Shown: in pieces, positions 10,501 through 23,800 of the stretch
Layout: the number at the start of each line of letters is the position of its first letter
Position numbering within the stretch: position 1 is the stretch's first letter
DNA from: Gonapodya sp. JEL0774
Taxonomy: Eukaryota
DNA: 64,000 nt
Reading direction: 5' to 3'
Assembly: GCA_027604505.1 (NCBI GenBank)
Contig: JADIIX010000042.1
Location: 1 to 64,000, forward strand
Notes under the pieces: generated by a model
Told to the model about the DNA's origin: nothing
What the model saw: only the letters and a program-made list of their open reading frames with translations
The model's database searches: none
Translations under genes and position numbers: made by a program

Positions 10501-12783
10501 GCATCACAACTACAGTCATCTCCTGCGACATTCTCACCAGCACCAGTAATCCGTATACTTGATCGTCTTCACACTGCTGTTCTGGCTTCGGTTCCACTAA
10601 AGAAAGTTGCCCACATGGACCTTCACATCAGACATCTCACAATCGGAGTCTTGCGTCGGACATTTGAAGCGCAGTTCGCAGAGGTCTTTGGACAAATTGG
10701 AGTGAAGTTTGTCGGTGTCGGCAGCGCTGCACCTTCAGAGCTTGACTTGGCGACTTGGACCAATGACACCGCAATGGCTGTCGCTGAGGCGATGGTTGGA
10801 AGGTGTTTAGATGTCATCGAGGTGATCATCTCTCTTTCCGCAGAAGTATTAAACGAATTGACTTCACGCTGCCATGATTCAGAGCTTTCTTGCGCCGTCA
10901 CATGAGTTTATTAATCTCATTCGAGATGGTCGAACGGTTTGCCTCGAGATCGTCAGACAAACGTTGCGCGAGTTCTGGCAGACTCTGGTGAATGGGATAA
11001 CGGTGAGCTGAAAGAGCAGTAGTTGTTTTTCCGATTGCTTTGCTTTGAGCAAGTTTGGCGGTGCAGTCGTACACCAATGGTCAAACCAATGACGCCTCGA
11101 CAAAGCTACTCTCCAAGACCTCACTCGCAAAGTCGCGATCACCGCGGCCACCACCTCGGACAATACTTGCGATTTCTGGTGTACTCAGGGAACTTGGTGC
11201 TCGTTTTGGTGAACGTGTGTATCTCATTTTCGCAGAAAGACTTTATGGCGTCAAGCGCAAGGGCCGTCAAGACGAGCGAGAAGCTGAGCGAGAGAGAGAG
11301 AGGAACATTGGCATTGGGCAGTCTTCCACAAGGGCATTGCGAGGGGAACCTGGTGGGTCAGGTCCAACCAAAGACGGTGACAATGGCGGTGGGACACCAG
11401 CGGATGATTTCTTGGATGATGGAAAAGAGGTCGTTTATCTTCTCCGAGATTCTGTGAAGGAGGTCTTAAGCTGTTATGCAGCTCGAGCTGGAGATGCACT
11501 TGCGGATCCATTGAAGAACTTTTATTCAACAACAGAGTGGACGGCGGGTCGTGGAGCTGTCTCGACCTGGTCTCAGCCCGCAGGTCGGGTTGTGGAGGGT
11601 CTGCTAGATCTGGAAAGGGATGTTGGGGGATTGTACGGGGAAGAGGAACGAAAAGAGCGAACTTCGTTTGGAGGTGAGCACATACTCTTTGTTTCCGAGT
11701 CACGTTTCTCCGACCCTTTTTCATATGGACGTCATCGTTCCGTTGCAAATCAATAGAAAGAACTTCGTTGTCTGGCGGTCGGGCATCATTCGCGCATAAT
11801 CTGTATACGCTAGGTAACGCGAGTCAGTCCACGTCCAAGTTTGGACAACCGTATCCATACTCGGCGAGCATGGGATCCGCATCAGGCTCTGGAAGCTTTT
11901 CACCCTTGACATCGACGTTCCCATCAAACTCCTCCACTTATCCATACCACGCTGGTCCGAACTCATCTACCCTTTCGTCTTTGGGCAACTTGGGCACGGT
12001 ATTGGCAAAATCAGGCGGGAGGTACGACCAGAATCTCATGAGTGGCATTGACAAGCTGTTCGCGGAGAAGGTGGTGTATTATGGAAAAGTGGAAGCGTCG
12101 AGGAGCGGTGTTTTACTTGCGACGATCAGAATCGTCCTCAAGGTAACATTACTCTTTCGTTTTTGCGAGGCATAGAGCTTTGGTAATATTGAAATGGCTT
12201 ATTTGATTTCGATACAGGCACTTGTGGAAACCGTGCGAGCACAAACGTTTGGACGAGAAGGCTTCCATCAACTGCAGATTGACTCGGAGCTATTCCGTGC
12301 CAAACTTTGGCCGTTTGTCCCCGATCCGAAGTGAGACGACGGCAAAGAGGAAAATTTGCATGGACGTGCTCACGAACCTCATACTCTTGTTCTCGATTGC
12401 ATCCCAGACAACTCCACAGTCTTGTGGAAGAGATTCTCGCCAGTGGTTCCAAGAGATGTTTGGATCCAAGGCCATTAGCACGTGATGTGAGTGTCGCAAA
12501 CATCGATATTACAGCGCCCGGTGACGACTCTCAAGGGACTTTTCTCCAAACGTACCCCACACATAAGACCATTGACCGCATCGTTTCAACATTTGATTCT
12601 ACTTCGGGCGTCATGTTGACACTGCAACAGTCACCGAGCGTGGTCTCCTCGTCGGCTGGCCCTGTCGGATCCGCTCCGCACTCACCTTTTGGCTATGGAC
12701 AAATGCCGATGAGGGGAGCCTCTGGGTTTCTGCTCCCGACACGAATGGGGGGAATCTCGGAAGCGGCAGGCACAGTGGAGTAA
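7573..12783 (+). CDS. VPS51: GARP/EARP complex subunit Vps51 (Ang2), multi-exon
   Basis: RGLLSAYYGI, DSPSFDPDRYV, LDGEMKTLVYENYSKFITATETI, LQFLFDLP and C-terminal IDKLFAEKV / VRAQTFGREGFHQLQID motifs. The 3' end is approximate. Confidence 0.9.
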
Positions 12784-13421
12784 CTTGTTCACGTTGGCGC
12801 GACAGGTAATAAACGCAGAATAGTTGTTCTGCGAAGTGTACATACTTTCATAAAAAGCAAATTGGGTCCGTTCGGTATTGCAATTTTTCTCAATTGTAGA
12901 CTTTAAAGTCTCTTGTTTTCTCATCAGGAAGAACAAAGTTTCTGCCGTCAGCAAGGTAATTTTATGATAAGGTCCCACTAAGTTGTAATTGCGGAGGCGG
13001 ATTGTCTGTTTTGCGGAGACCTTTTCAACCTACAACGCAAGCTATTATGTACATCCCCTTATTTATATATAACCTATTCCTTTTGTAAACGCATCAACGA
13101 AATCTGTTCGCTTAGATATCGGTGTCGCCAAATCCCGTGGTAGATAGATCAAACGCTGCGAAGAGGCACAAGAACTGAGCTGCATTTCTCTCATATACGA
13201 CCTGGTTCTGAAACACAGTTCTATTTGAAAACACTGTTCTTCGTTAGAGGGCACGAGGTCTGTCTCGCATTCTCATAATCACGTCATGAATGGTCCCTGC
13301 CGCCCTGCATCCCTAAGTGCGGAAAGGAGGTCCAGTTTAATGAAAACGGTGTTTGAAAACCTTCGCCTTTTCCAGCCCATTAACTTCTCCGAATTGCCGC
13401 TTCCAATTTCCACGCTACAAT

Positions 13422-15554
13422 ATGCGTTCAAAGAGTCTCCGACAAACGGATAGCGCCCGCTCTTTGTGGACTATCGTTGTAGGAACAGTCTTCGCTGCAG
13501 TTGCGCTCTTTCCCTCCCCTTCAATCTCCCAAAGCTTGAGCTTTGCGACACCTGTGCCAAGCGGGAACTCCCGCAGTAATCCCACCAACAATCCTATTCC
13601 TGTTCCTGAGAATGGAGGGGTTCATATGGGTGCTCACAGTGAGTCGCTCGTCCCCGCCTGAAATAGTTCGGGGAAACAAGTGAGCGGGCACTTCTACGTT
13701 TTATGTTCGACGAATCCGACAGTCGATTGGAACAAGCACAATCCTCGAGACTACGCTACCAATTTTGGACGTGACGTTCTCGCGTACGGAATATTTCTCC
13801 CCTTTCCCCTCTCCCTCGGTGACTTGGGGTACCTCTCAGCAATGGTATACAACCAATTATATCCATCTGCAAGCTCCGATGGCTCTACACGAGCACAGCT
13901 AATGATTACTTTGGAACCACGAGTTGGGGGCCTTGCGGCTGCAGTCAACAATGCCTCAACAATCGCAGACGTTGTAACCGCGTGTCGATATTTGAACGAA
14001 CGTAGAATCTCGGTTTTCTTGCGATTTGCGCACGAAATGAACGGCTGGTGGAGTTACTGGGGAATGAGACCCACTGCATACAGAGGTGAGTCTCCCTATG
14101 TCATCGGAGTCGTGAATCTGTTGGGAGGCCCTCTCATGGTATCTCTTTAAAGCCGCATTCCGAGCCGTAGCACTTGGTATTGCGGATTGCAGAGCATGTA
14201 GTACAACTGCGATGGTCTGGGCACCTCAAGTGTGAGTTATGGAAACAGTGTCGCGAGCGTCGTTCCTTTCGAGAATTCCCCTCACTTATTCATCGTGGTA
14301 TTAGAGGAAATGGCTATCCTTGGGGTCTTGATATTCCCCTTAACAATGCTTCCTTCTTCGTGGCAAATCCTGGGTGAGTGGTTTCTTGCTCGTCGTTGCA
14401 TTTAATATGGTGCTCATTACAATCACACCAAAGATATGCGAACTTGAATATGACTGAGCTTCGATTGCTGGACACAAATGGCGATGGTCAAATTGCAGCA
14501 GGTGATGAACCATGTAAGTATGAAACTGACCTGTATCGCATGCTTTGTATTAATGTGAACTTTCGCTCCTCTAATAGATGAGCCCTTCTATCCAGGCGAT
14601 GACGTGGTTGACTGGGTTGGCCTTTCTATCTACTGGGCAGGCCGTAACTGTGGGTTGCATGTGGACTTGTTTCCTCAATGCCAAGGAGGTATTCACTGTC
14701 AGAGTTCACATCTGCAGACGGTGAAGCTTCTGAGCCATACCCTCAAACGTTTGCCAACGGCCTGCAAGGTCTTGACTACATCGATGGTGCTACGGTTGCA
14801 GCACCGAATTTCTACCAGATATATTCGGAGTCCAGGAACAAGCCGTTTTGTCTTGCCGAGACCGGTGTCATGCGTAAGTACCAATGTATTTCGCTTCGTT
14901 CCTGGGAGTTCCGTAACTCAACCATATTCCACATTTTAGACATTGACTTTGCTGCTCTGGGCGCATCGGGGAACGCAACTCGCTTACTGATGAAACAGAA
15001 CTGGTGGCGTCAGACCATAAGCGATACGATATTCGACCAGTTTCCCAACTACCGATCGACGTGGTTGTTCGAGGTGGAGAAAGAGGACACGATCCCCGGA
15101 GTGGTGCAGGACTTCTGTGAGTGCATTTGAAGCAGGACTGATTGCAGACGTTGTCGTCACCAATTGCGAACATGTTTGATTCGTCAACGACAAAGCGTAC
15201 ACTTTCGATTCAAAAACAAGGGACGCGTTCAAGGCTGACCTTCCATCTCGTATTGTGGCCGCAGGGTGCGTTCCAGAGTAGCCACGGTCCCTGATCCACA
15301 AGTTTCTGCTTACATGTACTTGGGGTCTTCCTTTTTCCAGATCTACCTACATGCGTATTTCCAGCGTATCTCCTGGGTTACCAGGAGTATCTTTGTTCAA
15401 CACTCCAGCGAGAGGAGACTCGAGTTCCACAGGTCGCGCCAGCGTAGCCATATCTCAGAGGTTGACAGCCACTATGCGCGATTATTACGGAGTCGCACTG
15501 CGGTTAAGCTCTGCGCTGGTCGTAGGAGTGTTGGGTGCCTTGCTTGTGTCTTGA
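13422..15554 (+). CDS. Glycoside hydrolase family 26 protein (mannanase/glucanase-like), secreted, hydrophobic C-terminus, multi-exon
   Basis: N-terminal hydrophobic signal; VFLRFAHEMNGWW (acid/base Glu), TAMVWAP, FYPGDDVVDWVGLSIY, KPFCLAETG (nucleophile Glu); C-terminal SALVVGVLGALLVS. Confidence 0.88.
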
Positions 15555-15770
15555 GAGTTTATTTATGTCTGGCGACATGATCAGTCGCTATTTACTTGTC
15601 TTCGTACACTTTTGATATCAGAGGCTATACTTGCATGTATTCATGTAGCTGTATTTGCATTGAGGATGTAACTGCATTATACATCGCCAACAGTTTAATG
15701 GTTAAAATTTAAATAAGTGAAGTTTTATTACCGCCTCAAAGCAATGCATAATGAAAGGCAGAGCCTGGTA

Positions 15771-16925
15771 TCATTCGGAAAACCGCCACCATGGGACAAT
15801 TAACTCGACTCGGCCTGCGGCGGTTTCACACCGTTCTCTTACCACACCACGGAGCGAACAAGGCGGTACCAAAATGGTGCTACGACAACCAGCAAATCGT
15901 ATACATTCCTGTCTTACGTACCACGGTTTGCAGATGCCACCGGTGCTGTGCTTGAAGACGATGGCGCCGTGGTTGTCTCTGAGTTTGAGAATGTGATTGT
16001 TGCACGATTTAGGGGCTTTGGCCATCCTTGCAAAGGAGCCAGTGGAGTCAGATGTCGTTCGCTTGACTCCACGCGGAGTTCCCAACGTTTCGCCAGTCCT
16101 CGATGGTTGTAGTGGTTCAGCCACATATGCAGTGTCGGCACTCTCTTCCTTCCCTGGTACGTCTGTGGATGCAGGACGCACGACAGGGGGCCCATTGAGG
16201 GGCGCTGCGTGAAACACCGTTGGTGAGGCAGAAGTCAGGTTCGTTGATGCAGAGTCCGTTGGTACTGGGTTTGTTGTGAGAGCCAGGTGGTGACGGTTTG
16301 CTGTTTTTCGAAGTGGGTCCAGAAATATCCTTGATTGCTCCGGCGTCATTTGTTGGCAAAACAACGATTGACCGATAACATGGTGCAAAACTCTTGCTGA
16401 TAAGTCTTCGATGTCAATGTTCGCGTCAACACTTGGCTTCGAGGAGAAGGTGACATAGGCTTCGGTTGCAATATACATTCCATTCTCCAACTTCTTCACG
16501 GTGATTGCTGGTAGCGGATTCCCATCCTCATACAGGAGAAAGAAGGCTCGAAGCGCATTTTGGGCAACATTCCTGGACATGGTATGATACTGGCCGGGTT
16601 CTCCGGGTGGGTTCAAAGCCTGTTGGGGACGGGAGGTCAGAGGTTGAACATCGGCAGTCTGAGCAGTTCCAACACGGGGCAAGGTACAAAGAGCATGTTG
16701 CGCGCTCCCACTTGTCGGGGATGCTGGGGAGCGTGTAGGGTCGGCGCTTCCGTGTGCGGCTGAGAGCATGGTCGCCAGCACAGCGCAAAGATTCGAACAG
16801 AGTCGATTGTCGAAGCCCTTGGCCGAGGTGTTTTCGCTGTAGCCGAAGTCGTGGACGCCAGTTCCCTTTGCGGTGGTGGTGGTGCGCCTGCGGAAGACGG
16901 GTCCACCGAGATTCCTTGTGTCCAC
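15771..16925 (-). CDS. Hypothetical protein (long open frame, no recognised domain)
   Basis: 384-codon open frame with no competing gene on the + strand. The ORF start is GTG, so the true start and a possible 3' intron near 15920 are unresolved. Confidence 0.35.
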   Translation of the reverse strand: MDTRNLGGPVFRRRTTTTAKGTGVHDFGYSENTSAKGFDNRLCSNLCAVLATMLSAAHGSADPTRSPASPTSGSAQHALCTLPRVGTAQTADVQPLTSRPQQALNPPGEPGQYHTMSRNVAQNALRAFFLLYEDGNPLPAITVKKLENGMYIATEAYVTFSSKPSVDANIDIEDLSARVLHHVIGQSLFCQQMTPEQSRIFLDPLRKTANRHHLALTTNPVPTDSASTNLTSASPTVFHAAPLNGPPVVRPASTDVPGKEESADTAYVAEPLQPSRTGETLGTPRGVKRTTSDSTGSFARMAKAPKSCNNHILKLRDNHGAIVFKHSTGGICKPWYVRQECIRFAGCRSTILVPPCSLRGVVRERCETAAGRVELIVPWWRFSE

Positions 16926-17222
16926 AGTTGAACGGTGGGTACAACTTGTGTTCAGTACATAATCAAATCCATGTCACTAAACTTAGAGAAACGGGTGTAC
17001 ATCGATTTAACTTAAAACATAATAAGGTTACGTGCAGCAACTTACTTCCTAAAGTAAATTTTTTATGGTGGGGGGACATCGCGTTGCCTTTTCCTCGGAC
17101 ACCGGCAGCGGCGCACTCATCTCATTTCAGCCTTTCAATCACCCAGCAGTCATACTTGTCACTAAAATCAAGCAATCTTATCCAGAAAACCTCCATATAG
17201 CAGATTTTTTGACTGATTGCTG

Positions 17223-20200
17223 ATGGCCAGCAAGCGCCTGGTGTCGGGTCTCGCTCGCGGTGAACGCATTGTTGCTGCGTTGACCCGTGCGCAGCTGATG
17301 CTGACGATAAGTGGAGATACCAGTAGGGTGATGAGCTCATCAACTCGTGGAGCGGTGTTTACCGAAATCGCATTCGATGGGCTCGACGGCGAGCCAGGTG
17401 CTGGAAATGGCTTCCCCCAACATATGGTACCGCCCGTTTCAGAGGCGCTAGCTCAATTGCCAGAAAATGCATACATTTCAGCTCTTTTGCAAGATGCGCA
17501 CGCTCTCGTGCAGTGCTGCGGCTCTATTTTCGCCCTGATTGACTCGGAACATCAGGCAGTTCCAACGCTCAACGTTAAGAAACGCCACGTCGAGGACCTC
17601 GTCTTGCTTGCACTCGGTCCTTCCGGTTATCTACCCTCGTTTGCCGCACTCGCCCCAGTCGCTGCATCCAGCATACGCCCACTGGGCGGAGACCTTGTAG
17701 ATCTTCTGATGCTCTCTTGCGTCGAGGCTGCTGCAGCAGTGCGCGAGGTTTGTGAGGCTACGGGTGTCATTCTCTATCCTGGAAACTGGACACCAACAAA
17801 GGTTGAGAGGCAGGATCCACGGGCAGGAGGCATTGTGGTGGTGAACGAAGCGCGAGCTCAAATTTACGCCCCGCATGTTGGCGGAGGGCTGGTATCAGCA
17901 ATGCGAAACCCAATTTCTGGTGTAGGGGCGACTGTTGATGCTCGTGAAGAAACATTAGGACGCCATCAGGGTTCCCATTCTCCCGCCTCCCAACATGCGC
18001 GAGTTATCTTCCGAGCAGCGACCTCTTTCCTCGAAAGCGCACTCGGAGTTCCTCATAAATACCGTCGACAGGACTCTATCTCTCCGGCCGAGATCTCGCC
18101 CGATATTTCTATGGGCCCGTCTGCAGCGTCACTGTTTGGGGACCCCTCTGTTGCAGCGCCAAAAACTCAAACTCTCTCCCGTGGTCGTACCGGCCCATCT
18201 TCGTGGTTCTCAACCCATGCAAGTGATTGTGTAGATTCCACCACGCAAGTTTCCATCACTACAGCTTCTTCCTACCCCGTGCACCGCATTCCAATGGATT
18301 TCATATCCCGCCTCCGATCCGCATCATCTCGTTTGGTGGGCCTCATGCATGTTCTCGTCGATCGAGCAATAGTGGCTGCAGAAAAGTTTGCACTTCTCAG
18401 CGAGGAGAAGCAGGAGTATGGAATCGTGGGTGTGGGAAGACTATGGGGCGTTGTTCCGGTTGCAGAAGAAGACGATGGCGCCCTCGGGGAGCCGAGAGTT
18501 TCAACCAGCTCCATGTAAGTTTTGGTGAACTTTTCGATTTTCGGTCTTGGCCTCCGTCGAAAAAAAACTTTAAGTTGGTCGTTCCCTCAAATGCTTGCCT
18601 CATTGACTCCTTTCGTTTGTTTCTGCCAGTCGCTCTCACCCTTCCCACCACACTGGACACGCCTCTTTCCTGATTGCTCGCCCTGCGACGTCCCATCGTG
18701 GCTCGACAACCTCCAATACTCCGTCTATCCCCCGGTCATCCAATTCGTCTTCGGTGATGTCCCGGATGGGGTCAACCTCCAGCTCGAATTCGTCGGCACC
18801 ACCGTCCACATCACAATCCCCACCTCGAGGAACCCCACCAAGCTCACAGATCTCGTCCCGTGGGCCTCTACCCACACCACGCTGGACGTCGTCCACCTCT
18901 GCACCACCTTATGCATTGGAACCTTCCTCGGAGTACACAAGTCTGAGAAGACCTTCACAGACCCCACCACCCACACCCGCACCATCCATCAATGAAGAAT
19001 ATGATCACAACGAGGCGTTAGCTCTCGACCTAAAGAAAACGCCAAGAAACGGAATGCGGAAACGGGTGCAAAGTGTGGACAGGGAAGAGGCTGACATAGC
19101 GAGCGCGTTGGACGAAATGGAGGAACATCCGAAAAAAGAATCTGAGATCGCAACGAAAGCTCATGACGAAAGTCCTGACAGTTACATCGGGTCGGATCCT
19201 TTCGGGAGCCATGCTCCAAGCATTGAAACAGCAACCGCGGCTGCCCTTCCAGGATCTGCGTCCAGTGACGCTGGTTCATTCCACTCACTGCAACCCCCGT
19301 CCCCACCGATTTTACGAGTGAGACCTCTCCCCGTTGCTATCTCGGAGACGGTTCTCAAGCCGTTGCACCACTACCTACCAATCCCACACCCCGCTGCTAA
19401 ATCGGTTGCCAGTATCGGAGGGACCAGCAAAAAGGAAGACATGCGTTTTGGTCAGGTGACAAGCCTAGAAAATGTAGTCGGAGGCAAGGATAGAGGGACC
19501 GAGGACGAAGCAAGAAGGACTGGTTTCATTATACCACCATTGGTGGATATACCCGGGACAACACTCCTTCGAGATGCTAATCCACTTATAGAAGATCCAT
19601 CGATTTCTGTCTCGACTAATCAGCTGCCGCCCTCCACTACGTCCCGCCGTACAACATCTTTCGCCATTCCTGCCGCAGGGATGTCTTCCGTGTTTGAGTC
19701 ATCCACAATGCCCAGTAAGCAACCATCAGTAGTACGCTCAAGCTTCCGCCAGAGGCCAAACCTTATTACACCTGTAGCGTCACCTGATCGCCCAAAAAGT
19801 CCCCTCACTCTTGTCGGCTCCCAGGCTTTCCCCTCTGAACCTCTTCCGAGCTCGGAAATCCCGCTATCGTTGCCTCAATCATCATCGATATCTGGTGGTC
19901 ACGGTCCCCGTCTCCAAACTACTGCTGTACTCCTTTCAAGAACTGTTAACATGCATATCTCTTGGGATCCTCCAACCACCTCTATTTCAGCCACCCCTCA
20001 GTCCACTCGATCCGCATCGCTTTCTCTTGCGCTCCTTCGCCTCAAATCCCCTATGTCCTTGTCCCGTGGTGTTACTCCGTGGCGTCGTGTATGTGCAGAG
20101 CTCGTCGTATCCTATGATGTTGGCCGTGCCGAGAGAGCCATGAGGACCTCAAACGGTGCTGCAAGTTCCGCCGCACGAGGGGACGGTGGAACGAAACCCC

Positions 20201-20658
20201 TTCCACCTTTAGATGCAGCAGAGATCCAGATCTGGGATGTGGTCAAGGTAGCAACGGGGAGGGGTTGGGAAGACTATGTGAGTAGCTATTCCTGCCTGTC
20301 TAGTGAATGCTCAGCTGCCCAGGAATAAGAGATAATTGACCTGCTTCATCATATGCAGGTTGATCGAGCACGCCCCCCTCCAATTCATACATTTCCATTA
20401 CAACATGCTCTCATAGACACTCCAAAATCTGTATCTGCAACTCGTGACCCCACGACATTACTCCGTATTCGTCTTGTCTCAGGAGTGGACGTGGTTCTTG
20501 AGTTCACAGGTGACAACGCAGTCGAGGAAAGGAAAAGGTGGGACCGCGCCAGTAGAACTGTGGTGGCAGGACTGCTCAAAGGATGGAGGGCCCGAAGAGG
20601 TGCTGGTGCGCCCACGATTGGCGAGGCGAATAACGCCGGGGCTGGGTTCGTGAGGTGA
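17223..20658 (+). CDS. Hypothetical protein with a Ser/Pro-rich middle and C-terminal PH-like domain, 3 exons
   Basis: Introns ~18515-18629 and ~20278-20358 join three long frames. The C-terminus PIHTFPLQHALI...LLRIRLVSGVDVVLEF...EERKRWDRA resembles a PH fold ending in a Trp-containing helix. Confidence 0.6.
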
Positions 20659-20887
20659 GCCTGTCGGGCAACCAAAATGTGCTTGAGCACTCCTGGAGCT
20701 CCGTGTGTGCAACTATGTGATAGTTTTGTTGACATTATTGATATTTCCCGATACCAGTTTTGGTCGTCTTGTTTTGATTGTGAATATTTGCATTACCAAC
20801 CCTTCGTAGTTACCACGCCCTCGTTCAAGACATATTTTAGACAAAACGAATACATCGAATAATATTAATTAAACCAAATCACAAATG

Positions 20888-23800
20888 CTAACTTGCTTCT
20901 TGCATCGCTGCTCGCAGCTTCGCCATCTTCTCCTCGTTCTTCTTGCGCACACGATCCATCTCTATCAGAAGCACTTTCATTTCCGCCTCGCATTTATCTC
21001 GCTGATTGAGACAATTAACATCAGAAATTCCCAGTCCCATGGAATTTCGGCAAATAACTCACCTGCTGCACCGCAGCCTCAAGATCGGCCTCGAGTTTCC
21101 GCACGGACACGTATACGGCGTCGCGTTCACGCTCAACCTCCAAAATTCTGGTGGTGTTTGTCTAGAAACACTCAACTTGAGCCCAATTATCACTAACGGA
21201 ATGTCTGTGACCCACCTCAAGGGAAGTACGCAGATTGGCGATAACTGCGTTTTTGCTTAGCAGCTCGACCTCCTTCTCCTGCACCGCATTTGACTCCTTT
21301 GCTTTGAAAGCTGCCCTCACTTTACTCACCTGAATGACGCATAAAATGTCAGCGAGTGCATGACTGCGAAAAATTGGTGCACCTTGAACTTACTTCTTCC
21401 TCAATTTTCTCGATGCTTTCATTCCGCTCCTTCAGCTTCCTCGAAAGTTCGGATGCTTCTTTACGAAGGTAGTCACGCTCTTCCTTGTAGTCATCTGCAA
21501 GAGACTGTAGGTGTTCAGCGTACTTTTCTGTTTTCTCCAACTGTAAAATTTGAAACCATTGGGAGATGCGCAATGTGCACAAAGATGAAAGACGGACCAC
21601 CACGCACCTCCATGCGTAGTTCTCTTTTGCTCCTCGATTCAACAGCAAGCTGCTCCTCGAGGCGATCCTCCCGCTTGGAAGCTTCAGTCGTGACAGCTTG
21701 AAGCTCTCTGATCTAGAGTGTGTAATGGAGTCGCTCGTTCAGGGGATGGAAGGGTCATTCAATTTTCCAACGCACCTTCTCCTCAAGGGTCTGCTTCATC
21801 TTCCTGATCGTGTCGTTCTGATCGTCCAGCATTTTGTTCTTGACTCGTAATGCCTTGCACCGTCGACAGTGTGAGATCAATCAACATTTGTACCCAAGGT
21901 TCAATGCAAACCTGTTCGCTAGCTTCCTTCGACCTCTCCAGTGCTGACTTGGCTTCCTCAAGCGCCTTAAAGCGACCTTCCACGGCCCCGCGTTCATGCT
22001 CCAACGCTGCCGTCTTGGTTAAAAATTTCACGACAATCTTAGGTGAGATCCGACAATTGTTCTCACAGTCAAATATCACCTTTCGTCCGAGTTCTTCCTC
22101 TAGACGTTTCTTTTCTACCAGCGCCTCTTCAAGCTGAGCTCTCATGGCATTGAGCTCGGTTTGGAGAGCGGGGACGGTTCTCGCTGAATCTCGCAAATCC
22201 GAACGGTGCTTTTGAGCTGCTCGAAGGCGCTCTTCTAACGCGTGGATCTTATCCTGCAACAGAGGTGAGTATAGGTAGTATTCAGTGCGGATTGTGAAGC
22301 AAACACAGCAAACACAATACACACCTCGTAAACCGTGACGTAGGTCTGGTTCTTCTCGAGTAGCTCCGAAATCTTGGTCTTTTGCTCCTTGACCATAATG
22401 GACAAATCCCTCACCATATCAGCTGTCTCCCGCTTCTCCTGTGCAGCGGACGCCAGCAACTAACATATACAGGCTCAGCAACAAATCTAAGGATGACGAC
22501 GCCGATAACTCACCTGAGCTCTCTCTTGCCCTACCCGCACTGCCTCCTTGTAGGACTCTGCAACTTCCTTTGCCTTGTCCTCGGCTTCCCTGCCTGCCCG
22601 CCGGTACTCCTCCTCCAGAGCTGTGTATGCCTCCCGCGAACGAGCCAACTGCGCTGACATAGATTCCCGATCTGCCCGATGCCGCGATTCTAAGCGTTCG
22701 ATTGTCCGAGAGAGGGCGGCTTCAAGAGATTTCGCGTGGTCCCTGTGGACGATTATCACTTATTCAGTTTGCAAGTCCCACATACCCGGTTGGATGGCTT
22801 GATGCTCGTCGTACGCAACTCACCCACCCATCTCTTCTAGTCTCTTCCGATGTTCAGCATCCCGCACCGCAGAAGCGTCTCTTAAAGCCTGGATGTCCCG
22901 CTGCAAAGCATCAACTGCGACACGATAAATCTGTGCTTCTTTCTTGGTCTAGAAAACGATATACTTTGAGCCTGCAAACAAAGTTCTAACAACACTTATG
23001 ATCACCTCAGCAATCTTGATCCTGGCTTGTTCTCGCTCCTTGAGGATTCGGGTGGCCACACGGGTGCGCTCATCCTCGGCACGTTGTAAACGGGACTCCA
23101 GAGATGCGAGGGCTATCTGTTCGGCGAATGTACGAAGCGTCAACAGGATTATGCACGAGAGTATCAATGATCGTTCGAAAGTTTGCCGGAGGCCCTGACT
23201 CACCTTAGCGTCCTCCCAACCCCTTCTCATTTCCACCGCTTCCTTCTCCACCCTTGCTCTCGCCTCTTCCGCCAATGCCACACTCCTGTCCAGCTCCCTT
23301 TCTCGCTCCTTTAATTTGGACAAATCCCCTTCCAATTCTCTGAACCTCCCTTCCACCTCCTCGATCCGGCCTCTCGCCTGCTTTCCAAGTTCTGCCTCTT
23401 CCTTGGCTGCCCGTAACTCTCCTTCCATGACGACACACTTCATCTTCGCCTCGTCGAGAGCCTTGCTGGCGTCTTCTGCCCGTCCAGCAGCATTATCCCG
23501 CTCTGCGCGCAACACCCTAAGTTCGGCGGCCATGTTGTGGATTCGTTCCTCTTCCGCAGCAAGCAAAGCTAACAAGCGGGGGGTGTCATCAGGAGGTGCT
23601 GCAGGGGGTGGAGTAGTGACAGGTCGCAAGGGGGCTGTGGGTTCAGGAGCGGTCCCTCCACGTGTCGGAGATGCGCCTGAGGCAGACCTATTCGGCCGTC
23701 GAGATAAAGAATCAGGTCGATCATCGGGAATTACAGCGGTGCGAGCAAGGCGGGGAGGTTCGGCAGCAGGTGCGGAGCGTGCGCTGGTGTTCGTGGTAGG

